Origin: Octopus bimaculoides
Taxonomy: Eukaryota
Reading direction: 5' to 3'
DNA: 64,000 nt
NCBI RefSeq assembly: GCF_001194135.2
Contig: NC_069005.1
Span: 30,357,657 to 30,421,656, forward strand
Shown: positions 1 through 14,137 of the stretch, in pieces
How the letters are laid out: each line of letters begins with the position of its first letter
Numbering within the stretch: the first letter of the stretch is position 1
Position numbers and translations under genes: made by a program
Notes under the pieces: model-generated
Told to the model about the DNA's origin: nothing
What the model saw: only the letters and a program-made list of their open reading frames with translations
The model's database searches: none

Positions 1-220
1 GGCCGTTGCCAGTACCGCCTGACTGGCCTTCGTGCGGGTGACACGTAAAAGCACCCACTACACTCTCTGAGTGGTTGGCGTTAGGAAGGGCATCCAGCTG
101 TAGAAACTCTGCCAAATCAGACTGGAGCCTGGTGTTGCCATCCGGTTTCACCAGTCCTCAGTCAAATCGTCCAACCCATGCTAGCATGGAAAGCGGACGT
201 TAAACGATGATGATGATGAT
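1..220 (+). mobile_element. SINE/LINE-tail repeat family ending in TAAAC(GAT)n (left end truncated by the window)
   Basis: ...GGAAGGGCATCCAGCTGTAGAAAC...CATGCTAGCATGGAAAGCGGACGTTAAACGATGATGAT. Clear related copies at about 4250-4520(-), 4850-4955(+), 13460-13620(+), 23345-23488(-), 32905-33050(-) and 33580-33690(+). Confidence 0.8.
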
Positions 221-359
221 GTGCATCTTTGTGTTTGTCCCCCACCACAGCTCGACAACAGGTGTTGGTTTGTTTTCAGCCCTATAACTAAGCTGTGTGG
301 CAGGAGGCTGACATTTTAAGTACCAGATTTGAAATAAGCACTGGGGGACAGTTTGGCTA

Positions 360-593
<234 letters not shown>

Positions 594-639
594 TCAATGC
601 ATTACTTTTCAGTAATGGTGGGAATAAGTTGAAATTCAC

Positions 640-895
640 TGCTTGTAGAAAGAAATGCAAGCTGAGGAGGTTTGGGAATGTTACCCGCTCAGCAGGGATG
701 GCCAAAAAGGTGACAGACGAAGAGGCAGAGAGAGAGAAAGAAGTGGGGAAAAAGAACATGTGTGAGTGGACAGGCCTAAAGATGGGAGACACTGTACAAG
801 AGATAGAAGACAAAGACAAATGGAGAGATCTGGTCACAAGGTCACCAGTGGTGCCCTAATGGTCAGCCAGACCGTGGGATACTTAATGTAATGTA
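640..895 (+). mobile_element. RTE-clade LINE 3' fragment
   Basis: Translation RKKCKLRRFGNVTRSAGMAK...EWTGLKMGDTVQEIEDKDKWRDLVTRSPVVP resembles RTE ORF C-termini (RKLRWFGHV.R...WTGL......A.DR..WR). Ends in a short (AATGT)n tail. Confidence 0.7.
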
Positions 896-984
896 AAAAA
901 AAGTCATTAGGTTAGATACAAGATGACACCCCAACAAATAAAAGGGGCTTTCTCTTAAAACAACCATTAAACATAATTAGGTGC

Positions 985-1280
985 AGTCATGGCTGTATCA
1001 TAAGGTCAGGAGTTCAATTCCTAGTGGCGTGTTGTGATCTTCAGCAAGACACTTCATTTCACATTGCTCCAGTCCCTCTCAGCTAGCAAAGATGAGTAGT
1101 ACTTGTATTTCAAAAAGGTCAGCCTTGTCACATTGTATCATGCTGAATCTCCCTCCGAACTACACATCAAGAGTACATGTGCATGAGGAGCGCCCAGCCA
1201 CTTGCAAGCTAATTTCATGAGCAGGCTGTTCTGTTGATCAGACCAACTGGAGCCTTTGTCTCCGTAACTGACAGAGTGTT
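985..1280 (+). mobile_element. tRNA-headed SINE family B (...TGTGTCCTTGAGCAAGACAC...GAATCTCCCTGAGAACTAC...)
   Basis: Related copies at 23745-24030(+) and 47375-47625(-). The 47.5 kb copy keeps an A-box (TGGCTCAGTGG) and a B-box (GTTCGAACC). Confidence 0.75.
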
Positions 1281-3460
1281 AGTTTAAGTGGTAACCTAAT
1301 ACTGTAGGCATAAAACGGCAAGAATAAGTATAATTCAAAAAATGGGTAGAATTGATGGACGGTCAAACAAAATGTCTCATGCTCGTTAGTTATGGTCCTT
1401 ATTTGTTCCGAGTTCAAATCCTGATGATGTCTATTTTGCCCTTCGTCCTTCCTTGATGGTTCTACACTCCACGAAAACTTCTGGCTTTGTACATACGTAA
1501 GAGATCGTTATTACAGTAATTAGAATGAAAACTTTAGCTCGTTACCATGGAAGTGAAATGTATGTAAACAGTGAAGATTTTCACACAAGTAATCAACAGA
1601 GTTGCTAGGTGACTAAATATCAAACTTAATTAGCAATTGTTAAACTAAGTCAAAGTAGCAGCAGATTAATATCATTATTGCAGACTCGTTAACATGCCAG
1701 ACTAAATGCTTAACTGCATTTCGTCCAGGTTTTTTTTTTTTGGAGTTCAAATCCCACTGAGGTCGACTTTGCCTTTCATCCTTTCGAGATTGATGAAGTA
1801 CCAGCTGACCACTGGGTCCAATGTAATAATCGACTCTGCTGCTCCTCCTCCTCCTCCTCCCTACAAAATTTCAGGCCCTTGTGCCTACAGAATCATTAGT
1901 GCACCAAACAAAATGCTTAGTAAGCATTTCTTCCAACACAAAATTCCGAGTTCAAATTCCACTAAGGTCAACTTTGTTGTCACCCTCTTAGGGTTGATAA
2001 CAGCAACTGTTCACCCCCACCCCCGAGGGGGGGGGGGGAACAACCTGCCCTTACCCTTAAAATCTTCTAGCCATCTGTCAGAATATGAAACCGTTATCAT
2101 TATTATTTGGTAGAATTGCTAGACTGATGGAAAAGATGCCTTGTAGCGACCACTAAACAGAGGAGTGTCCGTGACTGAAAATGGTTTCCTATACGCCCTC
2201 AGTGTTTATTGTTCCTGTGCATCAGTCACAGTCAAAGACCACATTCTCTGTTAACCTTCCTGCAATTTCACTGCACCTCTTATGTGTCCACAGCATGTGC
2301 TGAGTACACCATCTGGAATTCCTGCAAATACTCCAAAACCAATTCCTCTGACTGCTTAACATCCCTTCTAGCCCTTCACCAATCACTATGTCCAGCTCTT
2401 CTAGGACATTGGACCTCTGGAATTCTATATTTCTGCAAGGGCTGACACAAAATTTGGACCAGATCTGGCCAGTTTGAACATAGAACAAAGTAGAATATTT
2501 GGGCCAGATATTGCTGCTTTAAATGCTAAAGGGTTAACGAAGTTTATTTTATTTTAGAAAAAACAATTTACTGAATCTAAAGATGCACCATTTGAAATGG
2601 AATTGGTTCAGATTACTTCAAAATTCCAGTGTTTTTGCAAATGCTACCATAATTTCTTTTTGGTGTGTTCCAAGTGGTATGTGTACCCCACTGGTGTCGA
2701 GGTACGTGATTAGTTTTGAACCAGTTGCTATATTTTCTTAATAGTTATTTTATTATTATGAGTGTAGAATAGATGTCGGCAGAGCGATTGTCTACAAGTG
2801 CACAGAATACAACACCAAGGTTGTAGGATTATAATAGGGAGGAAGAGTGTGAAGAGGAGGAGGAAAGAAAGAGAAAAGGGAGATAGAGCAGAAGGAGTAA
2901 AAGAGAGGGAGAGGGAATAGAAGAATTAAAAAGAGAAAAAAAGAGGAGGTGAGAGAGAGGGAGGAGTACAGAAGGAGTAAAGCAGAGATGAAAAGAGAGC
3001 AGGGGGAGTAAAGGGAGGGAAGTGAGAGTGTGTGTGTGTTTAAATAAATAAATAAATAAGTAGCTATTTTGATGATAGATTACCATGGAGATATATATGA
3101 CATCAACTTAGACCACTTCCTCATATCTGACCTTTCTAACATGCTGCATGGTATCCCCTCATATATAATGTATAGGAGAAGGAAAGGAAGTGAGGAAGAA
3201 GGGAGGGGAAGGAGGGGGAGGAGAGAGAGAGAGAGAAAGAGAGGCTAAAGAATAGCAGCAGCGATTATGTTTAATCACTCGTACATCATGACACCAGAAT
3301 GCCAATAAATAAATTCCTGTCTCTTGAGATAGAAAAAAAAATCTTTTGGTTTACAAGTGGTCTACAACACTGTGGCATAGCAGTGCTACAGCAATAGAAA
3401 GAAAGCAAATAAAGCGATTACATACACACACAAACATTTATATACACACACACACATATA

Positions 3461-3560
3461 TACATACAAACACACATTTATACATACAAACACACATTTA
3501 TACATACAAACACACATTTATACATACAAACACACATTTATACATACAAACACACATTTA
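3461..3560. repeat. 20-bp tandem repeat (TACATACAAACACACATTTA)x5
   Basis: Five perfect units read directly. Confidence 0.9.
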
Positions 3561-3718
3561 TACATACATACACACACACATATATATACACACACACACA
3601 CACAACTTCCAGCTGAGCAATACCTTATAAGCGAAAATTTGGTAGCTAGAAACTGGAAAAGGTNNNNNNNNNNNNNNNNNNNNNNNNNNNNNNNNNNNNN
3701 NNNNNNNNNNNNNNNNTG

Positions 3719-3764
<46 letters not shown>

Positions 3765-5188
3765 CATCTATATCTTTAAGCATGTGCACATTACTACAAA
3801 ATTTGCAAAATCATAGCATAGTTGGAAATTGGAAAAGGTGCCATGTATGTATAAATACACACACAATCTATCTATAAGTGTACACACTACTGCAAATCTT
3901 GCAAGATCATAGTACAGACTAGTGGGTCACACTCGTGATTGGCAGCTAAACGTGTGATGGTTGACACACATTAAATGCAGAGAAAGAGGTATTGTATGTA
4001 TCCAACGAGACCTAGAAACAAGCTATAATTTCTGACTTTTTAACAGGTGTGCACATAAAACAGTTGGCATAAAGGTATTCCCACACAGAGGCAAGTGTCA
4101 TTTACGAAGGTCAGCAATTGTGTTTGTATGACCTTACATATATAACCATACACACCAGTTGTTTAGCCATAGGTCATTCCTGATTAAGGTGGCCAACTTT
4201 AAGGTGTAAAGTAACTAAAGATTGCTTCACAAGAAATATGGCCGTTATCATCATCATCATCATTTAATGTCCGTTTTCCATGCTTGCATGAGTTGGACAG
4301 TTTGACAAGGGGCTGACTAGTCAGAGAGCTGTACCAGGCCCCATTTGTCCACCTTGGCATGGTTTCTACAGCTGGATGCCCTTCCTAATGCTAACCGCTT
4401 TACAGAGTGTACTGGATACGTTTCAAGTAGTACCAGCAAGGTCTGCTCTGGTGTGGTTTTTATGGATGGATGCCCTTCCTAATGCCAGCCACTTTACAGA
4501 ATCTACTGGATGCTTTTCAAGTGGCACCAATACCAGCAGGGTCAGCAAGAAATAAGGTTCACAGTCATAGGTCTCAGAGCTCAAGCCAAAAACACTGCAC
4601 CTTGAGCGACCACCTTCCATCACAGTGTTCGGTTGACTTGACCCTTGAGCGAAACAGAAGGGACAGAAACTATGCAGAAGCCCATCTGAAAATCTGGATG
4701 TACTTAGGTGACTAACTTAATCTAGGGTTTCTCACAAGGGTTGCAGTGGTTAGGTGAGGAGGAGGGAAGGGTCTCCTTGGTGGTGCCTGTGAGGATTTCT
4801 GAGTGTATTTTGCCTTTGGTAAAATACACAGGCATGGCCCTGCTTAGAAACAGATGAGGGTTGGCAACAGGAAGGACATCCAGCTGTAGAAAATCTATCT
4901 CAGATAAATGCTGTCTGATCCATGCAAGCATGGACAAATGTTAAATGCTGATGATGTACAGGAGAGCGAGAGAGAGGGGGAGGACACGGGGTAACGCATC
5001 AACTTTGTGGAGCCATCAATGACTATGGCCCACTCACCAAGCTAAAATTTCGAATCCTGTGACTAAACACATTCTTCAAGTGAGAAATTAAAATGCCATT
5101 ATTGCCATTATTTTCCTAATGGAATGTAAATAACCAAGATGCCGCCAAGAAGTTGGAAATACATGAAGTCAAAAAAGAATTCTTGCAG

Positions 5189-5223
<35 letters not shown>

Positions 5224-5679
5224 AGAGAGAGAGAACAAAAAAATGAAATGGAGAAAAAGAACAATTTTATATAAAATGGTTCTTCAAAAGCAGATGCTAG
5301 GTATTATCTTGAAAGATTTTAAGATTGCATGGCATATACTTAAGTTAATTGGCCAAATCTTGGCATTTGATGCACTTCAGAAACTGTACTGTCAAAATAT
5401 CAGGTGCTCAACAAAATAGCAAAATGTAAGGGGGGGGGGGAATCTATGATGTTCCTTCTCCTAGGAAGGACCAAATTGCCAAAATAGATTCATAGAATCT
5501 TTTAGTATATTGCAGTCAGAAAAATAATGGCAAGTGAATGGTGTTATTTGGCTTTGTTCAGAGTTCAAATCCTACCAATTCTAATTTGTTTTTCTGAGGT
5601 TGGTGAACTTAAGTACCATGGTTAACAGTCAACAATACCTTAGAACAGTGGTTTCTAACGGAAGGGTTCAAGCATGATT

Positions 5680-5960
5680 GCATAGAAAGAAAGTTTGCTT
5701 CCCAACCACATAGTTCCAGGTTCAGTCCCACTATGTGGTAGCATCTTAGGCAGGTGCCTTCTACAGTAGCCTCAGGGTGACCAAAGCCTTGCGAGTGGAA
5801 TTGGTAGACGGAAACTGAAAGAAGCCCATCACATGTGTGTGTGTGTGGTTTGTTTGCCAGTACCATTGTTTGCCAACCAGTGTTGGTGTGTTTATGTCCC
5901 CTGTTACTTAACAATTCAAGGAAAGAGGCCAATAGAATAAGTATCAGACTTGTAAAAGAT
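5680..5960 (+). mobile_element. SINE family C (AAGCTTGCTTCCCAACCAC...GGAAACTGAAAGAAGCCC...CAGCATGGCCGCAGTC)
   Basis: Recurrent blocks at about 17490-17640(-), 22570-22740(-), 29500-29650(-), 30520-30700(-), 32510-32670(+), 47630-47740(-), 55540-55960(+), 58290-58480(-) and 60880-61075(+). Confidence 0.75.
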
Positions 5961-8900
5961 ATGAACAAACACAGAGGACAAAAGCTTTACAGCAAAAATA
6001 GCCAAAAGCAACATTTCCTGACAAGGGAAAAGGAATATTTTTAACATCAGCAACTTTGATGCCATTTTCAAATTACAATCTCAAAATCCTGAGTGGGGGT
6101 GGGCAGGAAAAAAAAAAGGTCACATTGGATGATGAGGTCCTAGATGGACAATGTTTTAATAAAAGATAGGACCGTCACACCTGGAACACCTTTGATTAAT
6201 AAGTCTACCTGCTGGAATAGATCAGGGAGGACAACGAAGGGGTCAAAACAACAAAGACATCCATGTCACCTCTAGTTTTTTTTGTTTATCAAGGTTATTT
6301 GCAAGGATGTAAGAGAACAGGTCTACAAATTTAGACATTGGCAGGAGAGCCAGGATTGATTGCACTTCTCTTTTGTCCTTCACCTCCTCCCTAACACAAA
6401 CCACTCAACTAAAATTATGACGACGATGATGATGGGACATAATTATCTCTCCCATCATATGAAATTGCTTCTGGAATTAGTTTGAGCTATCAATAGACAA
6501 CCCGTCCACACACCACCACCACCCATCCCTGAGTATTCAAGATGCCATGATACCACCTACCNNNNNNNNNNNNNNNNNNNNNNNNNNNNNNNNNNNNNNN
6601 NNNNNNNNNNNNNNNNNNNNNNNNNNNNNNNNNNNNNNNNNNNNNNNNNNNNNNNNNNNNNNNNNNNNNNNNNNNNNNNNNNNNNNNNNNNNNNNNNNNN
6701 NNNNNNNNNNNNNNNNNNNNNNNNNNNNNNNNNNNNNNNNNNNNNNNNNNNNNNNNNNNNNNNNNNNNNNNNNNNNNNNNNNNNNNNNNNNNNNNNNNNN
6801 NNNNNNNNNNNNNNNNNNNNNNNNNNNNNNNNNNNNNNNNNNNNNNNNNNNNNNNNNNNNNNNNNNNNNNNNNNNNNNNNNNNNNNNNNNNNNNNNNNNN
6901 NNNNNNNNNNNNNNNNNNNNNCCTCAACCCCCACCCCAGCCTCACCTCACAGGTATCATGTCTATGTAAGATATCAAGATATCATCATATTTAAAATGTC
7001 AAAACTGCACCACCACCACCACCACCACCACAACCACTTCCACAAATTCTGTTTCTCTGAGATTTTTCTTTCTTTATAACTTGCACACACCAACTTATTA
7101 GTTTGGGCCTGTGCCAAAACAGCCAGTACAGAATACTTCAACAGCATACTAGTCTGAGCAGTGACTTTTATGGCTAGCTACCTAACTAACTAACTAGCAA
7201 GTTAGCTATCTATTTGCCTACCTTTACCAGCAATACCTCCACCTAAGTGTTAAACATACCATTAATACTGCCAGAAAATAGAAAGAAAACAAAAAAACAA
7301 AACAAAAAAACAACCAACAAAAAAAAAAACAAAAGAAAAAACAGTTCTAGTGCATTAATACTGATTTAGTACACCAATACTCAATCTAATGATTGAATTA
7401 TGATATACTTCACCAATCAATATAGTACATGAATGAGGTCCCATGAAAGAACCGTCAATGCACTTGACCAACTTGTTAGAAACTGCAGTCAAACAGACCA
7501 ACTATTGTCTTAACCTTTTAGCATTTACACAGCATTTACTAGCCATATCCAGCCCACGATCGTAAGCTCGACGCTCTAACCACTGAGCCATGTGCCTTCA
7601 CTTTTCATAGAAAGGGTACCAGATAATATAGTTCTTAGATTTAAGATATTTGTATAAAACCTGGGGTGGTCAAGGCTAGGATATTCATTAGAAGTCTGAT
7701 TAACACTAACACTGACCTGTGGCTTAACAATTAAAAGAGAAACTCATTTCTGTTCCTATGGCAGTTTACTTGTTTAGAAATTGCAATTTCAGTCTCCCAG
7801 AAATCATTGTTTACTGAAGAAAATGATTAAATGTCTGCAAGTACTTATTGACGAAAGAACTACTGCAGTCCTGCTTGGCACCCTACTGTCATTTATGCAA
7901 GCCTGCAATCTATTCAATAGTGCGTATCTGTCACCACGCACATATTCAATATACTGTTATGACAAATAAAAAAAAATCAAATAACCATTTCAAACACTGG
8001 CTGCTATCTTTAGCAGATTGAGTGGCCACATAGAGACTCCGTCAGTAGCTCCTGGGTGTTAGTGATAGGGGATTGAAACCAGATGATGAGTTTACTGTCC
8101 TTTACACCTAAATGTTTGCCCATACAAACAGCCCTTGCAACAAACAGATTTTCTGACATCAACACCCTACCAAAAAGCTACAACAGATTGCAAAAACTAT
8201 GAAAGGTTTGCAGAAACAAGGATGAGCAAGGGATAGACAATAACATATGGCTCTTGGGCGACTTTAGCAGAGTCTGCCATTTCAACAATTCAGTCAAGAT
8301 CAGAATCTTCTGATTATCAACCAGTCTTAGAGACCCTATCCTCCTTCCTCTCCTTAAGTCATAAACAAGAGTGAATATACAACTTTCCCTGGCTACCACA
8401 CCCATGCCTCCCTGCTCCAGCATATCTTACCTTTTATCTGTTTCAGTCATTAGACAGCGGCCATGCTGGGGCACTGCTTTGATAATGGTTGTAACTAGAC
8501 TGCAACAGAGATAAGAGGCGGTCACAAGCAACAGGCTGTTCCCCAAGGTTTTGGTGGTGATCTCAGTCCCACAGACCAGCATGAGCTGGATCAAACTTTC
8601 GCTGTTCAACAAGAACCATCTTACTCAGATTTATATAGTACTGCCACACACTTTTGCCACTGTCCCCATGCCATCCTAGAGGTTATATCCACAAGATCAC
8701 AACTTGGCGTTGGGTAGGCTATTCAACCACAACAGACCTTTCTCCTGAACCAGCACAGGTAACAAACAACAGCATATAAACATTACAAACACACACACAG
8801 ACACTTCAAGGGGACATACTGGAAGAGATAAATGCCATTAATGAAAGAGAAAATTTCAGTCCAAAGATAAGGTCTCAGAGCAAGATTTGAACCTGTGACG

Positions 8901-9049
8901 ATACTAACACTTGAATCAATACATGCTCTGGTAAATGCAAGTTAATCATACACACATATACACCTTAGATCATGTTTAATACAAATGTAGGATTAATCAC
9001 TTAGGAATTAACTATATAAATTGTGTAAACTGTGATGGANNNNNNNNNN

Positions 9050-9094
<45 letters not shown>

Positions 9095-9479
9095 AGCCAT
9101 GCATGGATATGTTCATATATATGTAAGCTTATATCTATGTATGTACGTTAGAAGCAATGAACCTCAGTATACATAAGAGATTCATCATTGGGAAAGAATG
9201 TAGAATGGTTGGCAACAGAGTGGTGTTGTAAGCAGCATCTAGAATAGCAAGAATATGTTCTATGTAACAAGAGAATGTAGTACTTGAGTTATCATCTTAC
9301 ACCATCTTTCAGAGCAAAGAAACACATCAAGAGGCCCCCCCCACTGCCACCACCACCACACACACACACACACTACCCATAGAAGTATATCCATCCATCC
9401 ACACACGCATACACACACCAGCTGCTGACTCCCGTGCAAAGGAATACAAGCAGCCAGCAGTTCTTTCATACTAGATCTT

Positions 9480-9517
<38 letters not shown>

Positions 9518-9605
9518 TATACATACATATATATATATATATATATANNNNNNNNNNTACACACACACACACACATATATATACACACACATATATATAC
9601 ACACA

Positions 9606-9637
<32 letters not shown>

Positions 9638-9948
9638 TACACAGATTATATGCCTATACATATATACACACAGACGTACATAGACATTCATACAGAGCTG
9701 TCTAAAAGACTCTGCCCATGCACACACAGAAAATACAGAGAAAGGAGAGAGAGAGAGAGAGAAAGAGATAAAGAGAAGAGACAGACAAAATCTCAATGAT
9801 TATAATTATGTAATTAATAACATTTCAGCAACTGCAGGTTTTATATTTTTAAAAACAAATTAAGAAATAAAGATAAAATTATTTACACCTTGTTTTTGGT
9901 TTGCACTGGATTTTTGTTCTTATTTTCAAGCTGCTCTCTCTCTCACTC

Positions 9949-9979
<31 letters not shown>

Positions 9980-10406
9980 TGCTATGAAGGTCAGATGTAG
10001 CAAGGATTCAAAGGTCACTAAGATAGCAATGAAACGAAAGGGGCACTAACCACAACCCTTTAATTTAAAAAAAATTTTTTTTTTTGTCAGGGCTTCTCTG
10101 TGATCTTCACAAAAAACAAAAGACTCAAAGAATTGCCTAGGGGTGGCACTCAACTAAGTAATGGATTACTTGTGGGGGTCACTAACTTGCAAGGCATGAC
10201 CCCTTCACAGAGTGAAGCATTAAGGGAAGTGGCTCTGTGTCAGGAGTAGAGAGGCTGAAGAAAAAGGAAGAGGAACAGGTGTTTTGCTGTAGGGGAGACA
10301 CACACGAGCACCCCCCCGAAAGAAAATAGAGAAAGGAGAGTGATGACATATCAGAGGGTGGCCCCTCAAGGTACAAGGGGGACAAAGAGAGAATAGGGGC
10401 AAAGCA

Positions 10407-10443
<37 letters not shown>

Positions 10444-10499
10444 ACACAGATTTCAGTGAAGATTGAATGAAAGAGAAGGAAAAAATAAGAGATACTTAC

Positions 10500-10582
10500 G
10501 AAGGAGATGCAAGCAGCTAGCAACAGAATTTTTACTAGCAAGTCATCAAATTGCTCCAAAATGAGTTCCCAAAGAGGTTTAC
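10500..10582 (-). CDS. SERCA: SERCA coding exon 3 ([28 protein letters not shown]; start of M1)
   Basis: TTTTAATCCAACAG|GTAAACC...TCCTTC|GTAAGTAT, 83 nt. Contains the canonical [20 protein letters not shown] motif. Confidence 0.97.
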
Positions 10583-13500
10583 CTGTTGGATTAAAAAAAA
10601 AAGAGAAAATAAGATTAAAATAAAAAACCCAGCAATAACAAAAAAATACAAAATAATATTTTCGATGGGTGAGCAGGGTATCCCAATGGTATATGCAAGT
10701 CCTTATTTTCCTTACTATTTCAATATTTTATCTGACATGCAGATAAAAAATAGCACTATCATCATCATCATCATCATCACAATGAAGAAACCATTATGCT
10801 GTGATGTAATGACTGATATAAAACAAGTCCATTGAAGCAGCAGTATATATAACTATATTTCTATACATCTCAAGTTCGAATTCCACCAAAGCTTACACTT
10901 TTCATCCCTTCTGGGTCAATAAGATGTCAGTGAAGTACTGAACAGAATGAGGAGAGGGTTTGGATTTTTATTTTAGTAATAATATAGCAAAGATTGGTTC
11001 CACTGACTGTACCAAACTCCACTTTAACTCTAGATAGTCTTTGGATCAAGCAATACAGGTAGAGAGCTGGACAAAATGCCACACTGGATTTTAGTTACAA
11101 GTCTTTACATTCCGAGTTCAAATTGCACCGGAGTCAACTCTGCTTTTCATTCTTCCAGTTCCAATAAAAGAATTGTGTTTAGTCATTCACAGGTTGTCTC
11201 ATTTAGTAGAAATAGGATCGAAGACAATTCATCCTTTGGGGGTTGAGAAATTAAGTACCAATGAAACACTGGGGTTGATGTAATCGACTGGCTCCCCTCC
11301 CCTAAAATTTCAGGCCTTGTGCCTTTGGTAGAAAGGATTATTATTTTGCAGGTAGTGTGCGAGTAGCAGAATCATTAGCATATTGGACAAAATACATACA
11401 TAGGGTAATTTGTCAGTCTTTTATGTTTCAAATACAAATTCCACTGCAGTCAACTTTACCTCTCATCCTCTTACAGTCGATGAAATAAGTCCCAGTTGCA
11501 CACTGGGGTTATTGTAATTGATTTGTCCCTTCCCCACCAAATTTCAGGCCTTGTGCCTATAGTAGATAGGATAATAAGGCATTATTTTAGGCAGCAAGCT
11601 GACAGAATCCTTTCTACTGGAAGCACAAAGCCTCAAATTTGGGGGAAGTCGATTACATCGACCTCAGTGCGTAACTGGTACTCATTTAATCGACCACCCA
11701 AAAGGACGAAAAGCAAAGCCGACCTCGGCAGAATTTGAACTCAGAATGTAATGATGGGCAAAATACTGCCAAGCATTTCGTCCAGCGCACTAACGAATCT
11801 GCTAGCATGCTTGACAAAATGCTGCTAAGCATTTTGTCTGAGTTCCAATTCCACCAATGTCAACTTTGCCTTTTTTTTTCCTTTGGGGTTGATAAAATAA
11901 ATACTAGTTGAGCACTGGGGTCAATGTAATCAACTGTCCCCCTCTCTCCTTCCCCCAAATTTCAAGCCTTGTGCCTATAAAAGAATTCTTTGCAAGACAT
12001 TGCTAGATAATGTATTCATCGATATACTGTTTTTAATTTTTTTATTATAAGATGCTGGGAGTGATTTGAGGGAGATTGGGAAGCTATTTCTTGCAGGTTG
12101 AATGACCTAATGTAGTCTCCTTGTTGATTTAATAAATACCAGAGAAATACCGATGACAATGTACACATCTCAGCCAACCTTCAAACTCGGTAACTTTGCA
12201 TTCAAGACAGAAGTGCTGCCTGTCTGGGTCATCAATACACTTCAACTGAATTGCAGACGATGACGTCTAGAAATTCCCCCGTCCAATATTTCACGTGCTT
12301 AAAGTTACTTCATCTCATTATCGTCCCTCCCACTTCTTTTAATAATTGCTAGAATATGAAGACAAACATTAGGAGTGGAATGGAATCAAACCATATCAAA
12401 CAACCATCTAAAAGATATTAATATATGATATTAATAATACTTAAATATTTTTAAATGCCACAGGATACGTTTATTCATTTGGCCTTTTTTCTTTTTTTTT
12501 TTTTATTCCATTTCATTATGGAGGGGAGGAGAGAGAGGGGGGGTTATAATAAGAGAAGGAGAAGGAAAGCGACTGTTAGCGTAGGAACGCTCGTAATACT
12601 GACATTTCTGCTTGACTTCTTGCAAGAGATCAACTTCTATGAACCGGAAGAGTGAAACAGCCATACAATAAAGACAGTGACATTTGACCAATGTTATCAC
12701 CGTTGCTGACCAGAAAGACTATGAGCCTGAGAGGAAGCCAAAACATAGTCCTCCGACCTGCTAGAAATAACAACCAAACCACCCTTTATTCATGACTTAC
12801 TATCTTGAAAGCAAACATATGTTAGAGAGGTGTAGTTGTTGTATATTCAGAAATGACAGGATGGTCACAGCAGGACTATTTGGTCATAGGTCTGCTTGAT
12901 CAGAGTTGACTTTGGGGCAAAACCAACAGCAGTGAAAATTAACTGTGTACAAAATTAATTACTGAAATGTGTAGCAACCACTTCGTCATCGACTGACTGA
13001 CCCAATAGATAAAATAAATAAATGAAAATTACCCCCATCCTTGGTCACCAAGTTCCGATGCTAATCCAATAATCTGGTGGATCATGGAGGTAGTGGATGA
13101 TGACTACTTGTAGTGCTGGCAGACTAAGCATTAACCCTATTAAAAACACCAACCAGCTCCAAGACCACTGACCCTGGTTCTAACATCTGACCTCCCCACA
13201 TTTTAAAGGATCTATGGACACCTTCTCACCATCTCTACTCCCACCACCCTCTCTTCTAAAATGAGAACAGTTATGTCCCTCTTCTACAGCAAGAAATCTG
13301 TTCCGCTCTGGCCCTTTTCCACATGATTTACTATTCCCCACTCTTCATTCTCTACTCCTTTAAAGTTCTCCTTCTCCACTCAAGGTCCATAGTCTTGCAA
13401 GCTGCATGGTGATTGCACTAATGCTGGGGTCATGGAAAAAGTACCCAGTACACACTGTACAGGGGTTAGCATAAGGAACGGCATCGAACTGTAGAAAATA

Positions 13501-14077
13501 TGTCAAACAGACACTGGAGCATGATGCAGCCCTTGAGCCTATCAGACTCTGCCAAAAACCAGCTAGCCCATGCCAACATGGAACATGGACATTAAAAGAT
13601 GATGATGATGATGATGACTGACAATAAAATCTATCAAATCCATGTATGGCCCTCTTGTTCAGTTATATTCAAATACAAGTTAGATCCTTTCAATCTGGTA
13701 CTGCATGGCCTAGTATGTTTTGAACCTGTAGTCATTTGTTTTAAACTAAACTACACAAGTGGAGGGTATTGGACTCCTGATCATAAGACGATTTCAATTC
13801 CTAGACCACGCTGCATCTTTTACGTAACTCCGGTCCACTCAGCCACAAAATTGTTCCAGTAATCGCTGGGAAGTTAACACTGCAATGGACTGGCACCCCG
13901 TTCAGAGGATTGTTGTAATCTGTCACATTCTACAGAAACCAGGTTAAACTCCTGCCTTATGAGTCCTGTAGTCCAAGACAGACTTAATACGTATACTATA
14001 ATGGAAGCATTTAGTTGTATTAAACTTTGTTTTAGGTTTACTAAAGTGTGTGTGTGTGTGTGTGTGGAATTAGATGA

Positions 14078-14137
14078 CAAGGGTAGGTTTACCAAGGGTA
14101 GGTTTACCAAGGGTAGGTTTACCAAGGGTAGGTTTAC
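14078..14137. repeat. 15-bp tandem repeat (CAAGGGTAGGTTTAC)x4
   Basis: Four perfect units read directly. Confidence 0.95.

Noticed and set aside
8220-8320. IWLLGDFS as a LINE endonuclease remnant
   Set aside because: It is a single short motif followed soon by a stop, with no supporting flanking motifs; too weak to call.
14078-14137. Short regular repeats as a CRISPR array
   Set aside because: Units are contiguous with no spacers, there are no cas genes, and the context is eukaryotic.
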